64,000 nt of DNA from Octopus vulgaris (GCA_951406725.2 OX597826.1:27714001-27778000); one strand, 5' to 3'; numbered from the stretch's first letter, positions 27,800-41,249 are shown. Program-made: numbers and translations. Notes: generated by a model not told the origin, from the sequence alone.

Positions 27800-28400
27800 T
27801 CAATGCAACTCTAGACGTTGTAACCCAAGGTGTTTAAACGAAGTGAGCTCGGAAGTCAAATGTAAGGAGTAACATAATTATGAAAATTCCCCTCCCACCC
27901 ACTCTTAGATCTTGCGGGCTGCTTGACAGAAGGCCGTGTAATGGAACGAGTATAGCATCTCACGGCCAATTCTCTCGATCCTGGGCTCAACAATCGTCGC
28001 AAAATTCCCAAAAGGTCCTTGTGAGAAAAGGTCAATAGGCATGAGATGACCCTCTTTGCTCATAACCCACCAAACTATCACATACTATCGAAACAGTGAA
28101 GGCACCAGAGAAGCTGGCGAAGAACCGCCTACCATTTCGTATGTTGACTGTTTTGGACGAAGTTCTCCTCAACTGGGGAGAACCAGGGCATGTTGGGCTC
28201 CTCAAGGTGCCTGGGGCTGTTCAGCAAACGCTTGCACCGTATCACGCGGGTCTTTTAAAACATGGACTCGCATAGGATTTGTACATGTTGTCTTGTTGCT
28301 CAACACATCATACTTTCACCCCAAAACTGGGAATTGACTGGCAATGACCCTCATGAACTTGCCGCGCTTCTCATTGATGATGCCCTGAATTTGCGAAAGG
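27800..28400 (-). pseudogene. Decayed mariner transposase
   Basis: Broken minus-strand motifs resembling WVPRLL, IVT..EPRIE and QWL, with many stops. Confidence 0.45.
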
Positions 28401-28578
28401 ATGATTTTTTTTGTTTTTTGTTTTTTGTTTTTTTACCACAGGTGACATTCCCACCAGAGGAAGGGAGGTCCTTTCTGATTTTAGATGCGAAGGAAATGGC
28501 AATAGTTAAATTTTCAAACTCCGAATTAGTGTGGGTGGCGGCTATAGTGATACGTTAGATTCTAGGCTTCCATGTTAG

Positions 28579-28654
<76 letters not shown>

Positions 28655-29023
28655 CAGGGTGATTCAAAATTCGCCATACATAGGAAGAATTTATTTTTTT
28701 ATAAGAAACAGTTTAAAGCAACAGATTTTTTTCTTATTTAACAGGCTCTATATGGTTACAATTGTTTTCAATACACGTTGCAATACGTTTACTCCACTCA
28801 TTGTGAACTCGTAATTGCACATCTCGTGATACTTGTGCAAGTGAGTTGGTGATACGTTCCTTCAAATGCTTTACGTCTTTTATGTTTCCGCGATACACTA
28901 TGCCTTTCAAAAGCCCCCAAAGACAGAAATCAAGAGGGGTCAAATCAGGGGATCTAGGGGATCTTATAAACTGTTTCTTATAAAAATTAAATTTTTCCAA
29001 TGTATGGAGGTTTTTGAATCACC

Positions 29024-29026
<3 letters not shown>
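28655..29026 (-). mobile_element. Internally deleted Tc1/mariner element
   Basis: TIRs CAGGGTGATTCAAAA / TTTTGAATCACCCTG flanked by TA. Internal peptide PRSPDLTPLDFCLWGLLKGIVY..LKERI..C.E..C.HIE. Confidence 0.9.
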
Positions 29027-29076
<50 letters not shown>

Positions 29077-29080
29077 TATA

Positions 29081-29295
29081 CGAGGGGCTACTGAAAAGGT
29101 TCTGGCCTTAATGGTGTCGTGAAAGGCCTGGTTGAGGGCCCAGCCTTCCGAGATTTTTTAGAGAGATTAGAAAAACTAAAGGACCGCTGCAATAAATGTA
29201 TGGATCTGGGAGTTGAATATGTTGAATAAAATCATAAAAGTGAACCGCTTGTTTTTTCTTTTACCCAAAGCCTGAAATTTTTCAGCAACCCCTCG
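29081..29295. mobile_element. Mariner-derived MITE
   Basis: TA|CGAGGGGCTACTGAAAAGGTTCTGGC ... GCCTGAAATTTTTCAGCAACCCCTCG|TA. Confidence 0.85.
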
Positions 29296-29634
29296 TATAT
29301 TCGTATATGCGAGAGTACATGTGGTTACATGTTCGGTCTCACTGAGCATCACCTTCCTTGGTCAAGTGTCTCCTACTATAAGCTCCGGTTCGGGCAAATA
29401 CCTTACGAATCAATTTGGCAATCCGAATTCATAGGGAAACTCGTCGCATGTGTCTGTGTGTGTGCGCGCGCGCGTGTCTTTGTATGACAAAAGGTCGTCA
29501 TAGACTGACTATGAAAATCGCAAGAGCTGAGGTCGATTTGTTCCAATAAACCATTTAAGCCGGTGCCCCAGCATGACCGTAATCTAATCAATGTAAGTAA
29601 CGAGTAAAAAGAGCATGCGCATGTGTCTATACGT

Positions 29635-29880
29635 GGAGCTTACTTTCAAAAAGCGGTAAAAGTGCATATTTGTTTGATTTCATGATAACCATTAAAACAC
29701 AATCTGCAAGCTGCTGGCTTCACGCACGGCAAATATTTTTCAATCAAACTAGGGTAGATGCCATATAGACAATAGGCGAATCTTAGTTTTCCAATCAAAT
29801 TCAGGTATATTCAAATTGTTGTTTTAAACAATTACTAAAGAGTCATTCCTGTGCATAGAGCTGATTTTGAAAGTAAGCCC
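29635..29880. mobile_element. MITE with ~17-bp TIRs
   Basis: GGAGCTTACTTTCAAAA ... TTTTGAAAGTAAGCCC. Confidence 0.55.
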
Positions 29881-29987
29881 TTCAATTATACGTTTTCATG
29901 GGTTAGTGTGCGCGCGTGCTTGGGTCAAATGAAAGCGAAAATTTTATTAAATGTAGGAAAATTGCAAAATATACAAGTCCAGTTATT

Positions 29988-30188
29988 AGCACAAGGCCGG
30001 CTGGTTGTGGGGAAGGAGGTAAAGCGATAATATCGACCCCCAGTATTCAGCAGATATCTATTTCATTGACTTCGAAAGAATGAAAGTCAAAGTCCACCTC
30101 GACGGAATTAGAACTCAGAACATAAAGGCAGACGAAATGTTGCTGAGCATTTTGTCCGAGTGCTAACGATTCTGCCACCTCGTCGCCT
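29988..30188 (-). mobile_element. SINE family A
   Basis: Matches the family A consensus, diverged. Confidence 0.75.
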
Positions 30189-30408
30189 GTGGGTATAATA
30201 TCATTGAGAGGTGGCATTAGGTGCTAGTGTGCCTTAGTGGTAAGAAGTCTGTTTCCAAGCAACATTGTTTGGGTTTCTGTCCCACTTGTTGGCACGCATG
30301 GAAAGGTACCTTCTGCAATAGACCCGAATTAACGAAATCCATGTACGTGGATTTGTTTGAGAGAAACTGAAAAACTATATATACATACATACATACATAC
30401 ATACATAC

Positions 30409-30441
<33 letters not shown>

Positions 30442-30448
30442 TACATAC

Positions 30449-30481
<33 letters not shown>

Positions 30482-30660
30482 GATATATATATATATGGGT
30501 GTGTGTGATTGTGTATAGAAGAATATATTAATAAAAAGAATTCCAACCTTGTCTGATTTTCACGTTTTATTTACAATCTTATAATGATATATTATAAGAT
30601 AATATATTATAATTGAATAAAATAAAATGAAATAGTAGAATGTTAAATATTCATTCTGAT

Positions 30661-30705
30661 TGAACTAGTACTTTCATGCATTGAATTCTGCAATCTTCGG
30701 GTTCA
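30661..30705 (-). ncRNA. Minimal hammerhead-like fold (mirror copy of 30783-30827)
   Basis: Exact reverse complement of 30783-30827, in the left arm of the palindrome. Confidence 0.65.
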
Positions 30706-30782
30706 TGTAGTAGTGTTGACAGTCATGCTTCACAATTTTTGACTGTCAAAAATTGTGAAGCATGACTGTCAACACTACTACA

Positions 30783-30827
30783 TGAACCCGAAGATTGCAG
30801 AATTCAATGCATGAAAGTACTAGTTCA
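30783..30827 (+). ncRNA. Minimal hammerhead-like fold with U4C core
   Basis: TGAAC-CCGAAGA-[T TGCA GAATTCAA TGCA T]-GAAA-GTAC-TA-GTTCA. Stem I is 5 bp, and the palindrome AGTACT replaces stem III. Confidence 0.65.
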
Positions 30828-30956
30828 ATCAGAATGAATATTTAACATTCTACTATTTCATTTTATTTTATTCAATTATAATATATTATCTTATAATATA
30901 TCATTATAAGATTGTAAATAAAACGTGAAAATCAGACAAGGTTGGAATTCTTTTTA

Positions 30957-31001
<45 letters not shown>

Positions 31002-31007
<6 letters not shown>

Positions 31008-31470
31008 TAGTAATGCAATACTAGAGTATTGCTTTCCAGTAAAGAATAGCCCATGCTATTCTTTACTGGAAATCAATACTCTAGTATTGCATTACTAATT
31101 TATTGAAACTTCTTCACCGTTCTCGGGCTGTTAGCGTTTCGGCGTTTCAGTCGAGTGTAATGGCATTAATGTGGTAACATCTGAAATTTTGTTGTGCTAT
31201 ATGTCTGGCTGATGAAGATAGATCAAGATTATGGGTGCAGACATATCTTGAAAAATCTGAAACCTGCGCAGGTCCCACATTATCCTTTTCCAGGTATTTC
31301 ATCTTTCAGATGTTCTCCTTGGAGGTAAGACAATTTTTTCTAGTTTGTTGCACACACGCATTTTTGATAGTACATACGCGGTGAAGCTATACATTAGCGT
31401 CGTATTATTACGTTCGCTATTTCCAGTAAATATCGGTACTTCGTTGTGCCATATATTTACTCCTTTGTAT
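31002..31470 (+). mobile_element. (TA)n-flanked HHR-bearing non-coding element with a 49-bp-arm hairpin at its left end
   Basis: Inverted repeat 31002-31050 / 31055-31103 (one mismatch, spacer CCAT). HHR at 31201-31280. TA tracts on both sides. Confidence 0.7.
31201..31280 (+). ncRNA. Type I hammerhead ribozyme fold, canonical core
   Basis: ATGTCTGG-CTGATGA-[AGAT..TCAAGAT..ATCTTGA..ATCT]-GAAA-CCTGCGCAGG-TC-CCACAT. Stem III is the palindrome ACCTGCGCAGGT, GUC cleavage is predicted after 31274, and stem I is bulged. Confidence 0.85.
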
Positions 31471-31484
31471 ATATATATATATAT

Positions 31485-32050
31485 TTAAATAATGAGGGAG
31501 ATAAATTAATATTAATTTAAAACCAGTAGCCTAGCATACAAAAATTTGAAAAATCAGAGAAAATTCTAATACATGTGTATATTCAAAGGGCAAGACCGAT
31601 AGGTGGTCGGCCGTATGCTAGAAATAGATCACCAACGATCAAACTACAAAGAATGTTCTCTAGAGGAAAATTCAGCGAACACCTTCTGAATTAGGCGGGC
31701 AAGACAGATGAAAATTATATAAAAAAAACAGAATTAATCACATACCGGCGGTTTCAACTATTAACAAAAGAATTACTTACATAATCCAAATGTCCGTAAA
31801 GCTGGAGTTAGTTTTTCCAAAATACATTTCTCGGAACGATCGCACTGACGAAACAACGGACATTTGGATTATGTAAGTAATTCCTTTGTTAATAGTTGAA
31901 ACCGCCGGTATGTGATATAACTTTCATGTCTTGCCCGCCTAATTCAGAAGGTGTTCGCTGAATTTTCCTCTAGAGAACATTCTTTGTAGTTTGATCGTTG
32001 GTGATCTATTTCTAGCATACGGCCGACCACCTATCGGTCTTGCCCTTTGA

Positions 32051-32060
<10 letters not shown>
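31485..32060. mobile_element. Fold-back HHR-bearing element
   Basis: About 31573-31798 is the inverted copy of about 31856-32060, with a short indel-divergent patch. A complete HHR is present only on the + arm. TA tracts flank it. Confidence 0.8.
31839..31916 (+). ncRNA. Type I hammerhead ribozyme fold
   Basis: ATCGCA-CTGACGA-[AAC...GTT]-GAAA-CCGCCGG-TA-TGTGAT. Stem I is 6 bp with one G.U, stem III is ACCG/CGGT, and GUA cleavage is predicted after 31910. Confidence 0.8.
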
Positions 32061-32094
<34 letters not shown>

Positions 32095-32114
32095 CTTAAA
32101 AAGAATGTTGTTAA

Positions 32115-32153
32115 CAGTGACTTCGAAGTTTTGACCAGCTAAGCTATCGTCGG
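32115..32153 (-). ncRNA. Partial hammerhead-like fold, same family as 11193-11235
   Basis: Minus strand reads CCGACGA-TAGCTTAGCTGGTC-AAAA-CTTCGAAG-TC-ACTG. Stem III is the palindrome ACTTCGAAGT, and G12 is mutated. Confidence 0.5.
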
Positions 32154-32291
32154 CGATGGCTTAGCAATATTTCATTTGAAGGGTTACTCTTTACGAAAGT
32201 ACAGAGTAACTCATCAGGTTAATGTAAATTTGCTTCTATAATAAATGAACATGACAACAAACGCACACACATATATACATGCATACATATT

Positions 32292-32343
<52 letters not shown>

Positions 32344-33204
32344 CATACATACATAAATACATACATACATATACACACACACACTCACATATACATTTAT
32401 ATACATCTATACGACAGGATTCGTCCAGTTTCGTCTACCAAATCGAATCTCTTGGCTTATATATATATTTATATATATATACACAAACATGTACATACGT
32501 ATACACACACACAAACACACACACGCAAACACACACACGCGCACACACATACACACACAGTCTTTTCCTACTTTTTCTGTCGAGGGCTTATATGCCCCCC
32601 ATTATTAGACTATTTCCTTCAGTCATAGTGCGATGATCGCTTATCAGCTTTAAATTTATAAAATAATATATGTATACGACGGGATTCGTACAGTTTCTGT
32701 CTACCAAATCAAGTCTCAGGGCTTTGGTCGGCCCGTGTCTATAGTAGAAAACCCTTACCCAAGGTGGCACGCAATGAGACTGAACCCAGAACAACACCTC
32801 TTACTACACAGTCACACCTGCGCCTACATACACACAGCCTATACATATTATACGTAGCCATTAACATTTTAACCAATTTAGATTGCAGAATTGTCTCCCT
32901 TGCCTTTCAGGAAAAGAATAATTATTAAAGCTGATAATCACTGTCTCAATTTCTAACTGAAGAAATTTTAATTATATTTCTCATTAGTGTATGTGCGCTA
33001 TTCGTCCCTTTGACTATGTTATATACTCGTCTGGCCGTGGGACGGGAGAGGAGAAAATTGTATGTCTACTAAGGATACAACAGAAACACACACACAAACA
33101 CATACACACACACGCCCATATACATATAGAGATACGCAGAGATGCACACACGCACACACACACACATATAGAGAGAAATGCATATGTATATACGTATTTA
33201 TACA

Positions 33205-33259
<55 letters not shown>

Positions 33260-33408
33260 CATATATATATATGTGTGTGTGACTGTGTGTGTATGTATGT
33301 GTATATGTGAGTGTAGCGAGTATCTGTATATATATATACATGTACATATATATGTATATGTATGTATTTATATGTATGTATATATGTGTATATATGTGTA
33401 TATATGTG

Positions 33409-33439
<31 letters not shown>

Positions 33440-33596
33440 TTATATATGCGTGTGTATGTGTGCGTATATATATATATATATATATATATACAGATAGATA
33501 GATAGAATGATAGATAGATAGATATATAGATAGATGGATAGATAGATATAGATATATACACGTATATATGTGTGTATATGTATACACATATGTATG

Positions 33597-33704
<108 letters not shown>

Positions 33705-34208
33705 TACATATGTGTGTGTGTTTACCGTTTACAGAATTCTTGTGTTCTTTAAGAAAGGCACGAATGTCACAATTAGTATTTTCCATTCTCTGCCATGAGA
33801 TATGAATCGATTTCTTGGCTGTTATAGTGATGGACATTGTCTGGCTCCAATTTAATTTTCTTTATCGATTTTTCATCGTTAATCTACCGTTCAGGCAATG
33901 ACCATCTTGTCCGTTTTTTGCAACATAGATGTGCTAAATTTTGTGAGCTAAGAAGTTATTATTATTTCATATACCCACAACATATTAGACTTTTATAAAA
34001 GGAAATTTCTTAACGTTGTGCGTATATCAAGTAACCGTAGATGCCAAGAACCGTCCTAAGTATCCCAGCTGTTCCTGCTAACACTGTTTTCTGGGTCTAT
34101 ACCAACCCGGTTTTATGCTTATTTCATCTATCCATCTGTTCAAAGATTTAGGGCTAGTTCCTAAATGCACCTATATAACTGCAGGGATACATTCATTATT
34201 ATTATTAC

Positions 34209-34269
<61 letters not shown>

Positions 34270-34805
34270 GAGTGAGAGAGCACTGCATGCCATCAAAGTG
34301 ACACTGGGGTAAAATATACGAAGCCCAGTATATCCATCATGACTACCTGTCTGATAAGGGTACGCCGGGCGCATGCATCACAACCATATGTGCACGACTT
34401 AGTGATCTTATATTAAGATAAACATCGAAAGATCTTGCAGGTGGGGTCCAGTTAGAATTTAATTCAAGTTGTGTAGCCCATCCCACTTAAATGATGCCTG
34501 AATAAGGTGTTTTTAGGATGATGAACAAAACACCCATGTTTCCAGAGGTGAATTATCCAAACTCCAAAGAATTCCTCTCAACACATGGCTATGATGCTCC
34601 CCCACTACTTCTGTTTGTGTTCAGAGATGCACATATCGGCAGCCACTAAGGGACATGCTCAAATGCTTACGCTCAAACAAGCGACAAGCAAATCCGTGAT
34701 TTTCAACAAAATATTTGTTGTAGCCAATCTTTTATACCAAGTCAAAACAATGTACATGATTACACTTCCAATCAGTTAAGGTCAGTTGTCATTAGAACCA
34801 GTGAC

Positions 34806-35870
34806 TGCTGGCAGAATCGTTAGCACGCTGGGTGAAATACTTAAGAGTATTTCGTCCGTCGTTACGTTGTGAGTTCGAATTCCTCCGAGGTCGACTTTGC
34901 CTTTTATCTATTTGGGATCAATATAATGAGTACTAATAGGATGCTGGGGTCGATACAGTCGGCTACCGCACTCCCCCAAATTTCAAGCTTGGTGCCTATA
35001 ATTTAAATGATTCTTGTTAAAATTTTTACACGGTGAACTGGTAGGGCTGTTAGCACGCTGGTCAAATTAATGTTTAGTGTCTTCTCTTCTCTTCCGCATC
35101 TTTCCGTTCTGAGTTGAAATGTGGCCGAATTCAGCTTCGCAATTCGTATCTCGGGGTCGACAGAACAAGCGTTGTTTAAGCATTTAGAGTCTATGTAAGC
35201 CACAAGCCCCATTCGCTTAAATTTGTTAGATTTTCCAGAATTTGAACTCATTATTACTATTATCATGAAGGCGGCGAACTGGCAGAATCATTTGCACACC
35301 GGGCGAAATGTTTAGCGGTATTTCGTCTGCCGTTACGTTCTCAGTTCAACTTCAGCCGAGGTCGACTTTGCCTTTTATCCTTTCGGGGTCAATTAAAATA
35401 AGTACCAGTTATGCACTGGGGTTGATATAATCGCCTTCATACGTTTGTCTGTCTTTGTTTGTCCTCTCTGTGGATATTAAAGAAATAGGTATTTCGTGTC
35501 CAAATACTGCCGAGGTCGTCTTTGCTTTTCATCCTTTTAGGGACGATGAAATAAGTATCAGTTACACACTAGGGTCGATATAAGCAACTAGCCCCCTTCT
35601 GGAAAGATTTTCAAGGACTCGTACCTTTAGTAGAAATGATTATTCTATTATCATCGATAATAATGGAAATAATGGTAAGGTGGGGGAGCAAAAGCTGCCG
35701 TCTGGCAGAATCGTTAACACTCCGGACAAACTGCTTAACGGCATTCCTTCCTGCTTTACGTCTGGGTTCAAATTCCATGTGAGTTGAAACAAGGGTCAGT
35801 TCAGCTCTGGTTTCGATGTAATGGAGTAGTCCTTCCCCGCGAAATCATCGGCCATGGGCTTATCTTAGAA
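34806..35870 (+). mobile_element. Cluster of four SINE family A copies (about 34806, 35030, 35270 dimeric, 35700)
   Basis: Repeated CTGGCAGAATCGTTAGCAC heads and GGGGTCGAT bodies, all on the same strand. Confidence 0.8.
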
Positions 35871-36726
35871 AGGGTTAATTGACACAAGGGGGCAGTTTAA
35901 ACAGCAGGATCATGGTTAAAGACTCTGAAGTAGTGGCCACCTCGGCGTTTAGCTATGCACATTGTCCTCAAGAGCTGAACAACATTATCCCACTATGGCC
36001 TTTTTTTAGGACTAAAGAGTATGTAATCTGAAGGATATTTGACTTGGCTGCTATTTCTAGCTGGTAGAAACACCACGACAAAGCTCCCTTGTTACCTCAG
36101 CAGATTCTATTTGATGTTGCTGTTGTTATTGTTGTTTTCTAGCTGTTGTTCCTAATATTTATTCAACATATGTTTGATATTTGTGAACACTCAACATTAG
36201 GGTATCCGTGTGTATATGTGTGTTTGTGAGTGCCTGTGTGTCTGTGTGTGTGTGTATGTGTGCGTGTCTCTGTGTGTACGTGATAAATATTTCTTCAACA
36301 TCTTTCGCCATTTCCCAATATAACTCACAACACTAATTCAAATTCTTACACAAAAATAAACAAATATCAAAAGCAAAATAACGAAAATAAAAAGCAAATA
36401 ACAAAAATTCCAAAATTACCAAAAAATATATTTTAAAAAACCACCAGCGAAATTTTCCAAGAAAACCCCGACACCCTCACCTGCACTCCGCTCCACTCGA
36501 AACCACGGTGCGTCATTTTACTGCTAAAAACCTAATATCTTGTTGATGATGGTTAGCTTTGACATAAACCAAAAACCGAAACAATTTTATTTATACGATG
36601 ACCTTAAACTAATAATTGTAATTCTAGAAAGGTCACTCCTTCTCTCACTCATATACAGTCACATATATATACATATATACATCCATACCTAGGTACATAC
36701 ATACGTGTATACATGTATTATGTATG

Positions 36727-36816
<90 letters not shown>

Positions 36817-37357
36817 CATACATATATATATATATACATATATATAAACGTATGTATGTATATATATGAATATATATACATATACCTATATATGTGTGTG
36901 TGTGCATATCTGTGTGTGAGTGTGTGCGCGTGTGTGTGTGTAGTTGTGTGTCTGCTCCAGCATGGCCCCAGCGTTTGGCTGAAACCACTAAGAGAATAAA
37001 AGAATACATATACATCTATGCGTGTGCATGTGTGTGTGTATGTGTGTGCGTGTGTGCATGTGTGAGTATGTAAGTGTGTGTGCGTGTGTATACATTTGCC
37101 CATACATTTATATATAACATTTTGGTTTTGTTTTAAGAATTCTATTTCCCTTTTTGATGGTTTATTTGTTTCTTTTTTGTTTTGTTTTGTTTGCTTTCCT
37201 AAACGTTTGTTTGTTTATTGTTTGTCTTTCAAATTTGTTTGTAAAACAATGCGGCCGTGGAGAGGAACAAATTAATTACGTTTGCGCTTTAAACTTAGTA
37301 TTGCTTGTGACGTCATTCTACTAGTTATTTTTGTAACTATTTTCTGTTATTTCTACC

Positions 37358-37416
<59 letters not shown>

Positions 37417-37437
37417 CATTATCAGTATCATTATTAC

Positions 37438-37495
<58 letters not shown>

Positions 37496-38075
37496 GTCAT
37501 TGTTGTTGTTGCTGTTGTTGTTGCTGGCGTTGTCGGTGGCGGCGCGGCTGGTTGGTTTCGTTCTTGTTATTGATACTGTAACCGTTTCTTGTTGTTGCTG
37601 TTATTGTTGTTGTTATTGTCGCATTCGTTGCCGTTGTTGTTGTGTAATTGCCGCTTCTGACATGCTAATTAATATGCCAACCAGTTGTTGTTGTTGTTGT
37701 TGTTGTTGTTGTTGACGTTGTTACTGATAGGTCTTCCTCAGTCATTCTCGTTGCTCACGCTGGTCAGAGCACCTGCTGCCGGTGTTATTGTTGTTGTTGT
37801 TGTTGTTGTTGTGGTGGTGGTGGTGGTGGTGGTGGTGGAGGAGGTGGTGATTGTTGTTGTCGTCATAACCATCGTCATCAACATCGCTTTTGACGTCATG
37901 ATTGTCGTGGCGGGAGTGATAGTAGGTGGCGGAGGTGGGATCATCCTCATTGCCATTGTCATCATCATCATCATCGGCAGAGTTGTTGTTGTTGTCGTTC
38001 ATGTTGTTGGCTCCTTCGGCGGCATTGCGTCGTCGCCACCTAGTTGTTGTTTTTGTTGCCGCTCTGCATGTAGGC

Positions 38076-38209
38076 GACGATGACCATGGCGATGACGATG
38101 ATGATGATGTTGATGATGATGATGATGACGTTAATGATGCTGCTAATGATTACAATGATGATGATGATAGAGATAATAAGGATGATGATAGGGATGACGG
38201 TGATGCTGC

Positions 38210-38271
<62 letters not shown>

Positions 38272-38690
38272 GTGATAATAACGATGATGATAGGGATGAC
38301 GATGATGATGATGCTGATGATGATGATAATGATGATGACGTTAATGATGCTGCTAATGATAACAATGATGATGATGATGATGATGATAGTGATAATAACG
38401 ATGATGATAAAGATGACGATGATGATGATGCTGATGTTGATGACGACGACGACGACGATGATGATGATGATGATGATGATGATGTTGATGACGTTAATGA
38501 TACTGCTGATGATAACAATGATGATGGTGATGATGATGATGATGATGATGGTGATAATAACGATGATGATAGAGATGACGATGATGATGCTGATGTTGAT
38601 GATGATGATGATGACGACGACGACGACGATGATGACGACGACGACGATGATGACGACGACGACGATGATGACGACGACGACGACGACGAC

Positions 38691-38730
<40 letters not shown>

Positions 38731-38793
38731 TTGATGATGATGAGGATGATGATGACGACGACGACGACGATTGATGACGACGACGACGACGAC

Positions 38794-38842
<49 letters not shown>

Positions 38843-38905
38843 TTGATGATGATGATGATGATGACGACGACGACGACGATGATGACGACGATGATGATGA
38901 TGATT

Positions 38906-38959
<54 letters not shown>

Positions 38960-39000
38960 GTGACGATGATGATGATGTTGATGATAATGATGTCATTGAT
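38076..39000. repeat. Compound (GAT/GAC)n trinucleotide array
   Basis: About 920 bp of GAT/GAC with embedded higher-order units. Confidence 0.95.
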
Positions 39001-39746
39001 CTGGAAATCATCGTAGTTATTGTTGTTAGTGTTGTCGTTGAAGTAATTGTCAGCGCCGCTATCTTCATCACCTTCGTTATTAATTTAAATTTTTTTGTTT
39101 AGTTATTTCTGTTGTCGTTGTTGCATTTATCCATTTATTGATATAATTATTTTTCTGTTATTATTTTCATCGTTTAAGCTGACAGAATCGTTAAGCACAC
39201 CGGACGAAATGCTTAACGGCATTTTGTCCGTCTTAACTGGGGTCGATGTAATCGACTACTCCCCTCCCTCAAAATTTCAGATAGATAGATAGATAGATGA
39301 CGGGCTCCCTTTCAGTTTCCGTCTTCCAAATCTGGTCGGCCATTGGTTATATCAGAAGACACATACCCAAGGCACTATGTAGTGGGACCTAACCCGGACC
39401 CAAGTGGTCGGGAAGCAAGCTTCTTACCACAGCACCACTCCTGTAGCTGTATGGGAAAATTCGTTCAAACATCTCTACAAGGGGGATTTATAGGGGAAAA
39501 TCGAAAAGGAAATTTTTATGCTAAGAAAATATATCTATAAACAAGCGAAGCAGTGTGATTAAGTAAGCATTTTATGTTGCACACACATACACACACATAT
39601 ATATGTTCACATATACATATCTACATTCACATATGCACACGGATGGAATTAGACATACAAGCAGACAGATAAACATTCATACACGCATGCGTAAAAACAT
39701 ATAGGTATATGTGTGTGTGTTGGTGCGTGTGTATGCTTGTATATGC

Positions 39747-39779
<33 letters not shown>

Positions 39780-39810
39780 TGTATGTATGTATGTATCCGT
39801 AAAGATCGGC

Positions 39811-39877
<67 letters not shown>

Positions 39878-40168
39878 GTTTCTAAGTGAGGGACTGAATG
39901 AGTGAGTGAGTGAGTGAGCGACGGAGGAAGGGGGGCCAGAGGGAGGGAGGGCAGGTACACGAATGACGGAATTCAGAATACAGTGAGAATTCCTCAGAAA
40001 GAAGGAATTGGGCGTGTTGTTGGTGTCCTCCGGTAAATGTCATAAGAGAACTTGTACGGTCGACACAGCATCACCAGCCTGAAAGGAAATGGCGCTCTGT
40101 GGGCGGATAGTTTTGTTGACAGATGTATGGATAAAGTATGTCAAACACACACACACATATATATATAT

Positions 40169-40250
<82 letters not shown>

Positions 40251-40271
40251 GCATATATAGACATACATAAA

Positions 40272-40319
<48 letters not shown>

Positions 40320-41212
40320 CATACATACATACATACATACATACATACATACATACATACATACATACATACATACGTATATATATATTTATACCATAAT
40401 TTTCTCTATGCTTCGATATACCAGATCCACCTACACGGTCCTTGGTCGGATCGGCGTGTTAGTGAAAGACACTTGCGCAAGTTAATACGCAAAGGGACTG
40501 TATATCGAACCATATATTTGGGAATTAGATTCTTACCGCGCACCCAGGTCTACACGAATATACACACACACACATACATATACACGCACACATATACACA
40601 CGCGCATACACACGCACACACACACATACACACATACACACACGCACGCACACATATACACACACGCACACACACAGACACACAGACGCACACACACGCA
40701 CGCACGCATATACTCACATATACACACACGCACACATATGCACACATATACACACGGGAACACACACATATACACACATATACACACACACACATACACA
40801 CACATGCACACACATACACACACGCACACACACATATCACACATATATATACACACGCGCACACACACACATACACACTCGTGCACACACATATACACAC
40901 GCGCGCGCACGCGCATATACACACACGTACACACATACATACAGTCACGCTCACACACACACACACACACACACGTTCATATATTAAGTGCGTCTCTAAA
41001 GATTTTCTTAAGAATTTAGAGATTTAGAGCCAGGAGTGAAAGTTAGGACGTTTCGTCTAGACATGGTAAGTGTTATTGCGGCTCTAAATTCTATGAAAAG
41101 ATACGCTTAAGGATTAAAAACAACGCACGCCTTACACTTGTGGTCTTTCGATACACTTTATAATACATTTGGATTATAAAACAATAACGATATCCCTACT
41201 ACGGAGTAATAA

Positions 41213-41249
<37 letters not shown>

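Larger units (their letters stand above)
30523..30965. repeat. Perfect ~440-bp palindrome (1-nt spacer at 30744), each arm carrying an HHR-like fold
   Basis: Centre reads AATTTTTGAC-T-GTCAAAAATT. The arms match out to TTAATAAAAAGAATTCC / GGAATTCTTTTTATTAA. Confidence 0.9.

Noticed and set aside
32165-32222. Minus-strand CTGATGA with perfect 8-bp stem GTTACTCT/AGAGTAAC
   Set aside because: Nine extra nucleotides separate the stem from GAAA, and stems I and III do not close.
37926-39102. 282-aa poly-Asp and 340-aa poly-Met ORFs
   Set aside because: Alternative frames of one GAT/GAC array, with no domain, splice context or codon evidence. An acidic biomineral-type protein cannot be supported.
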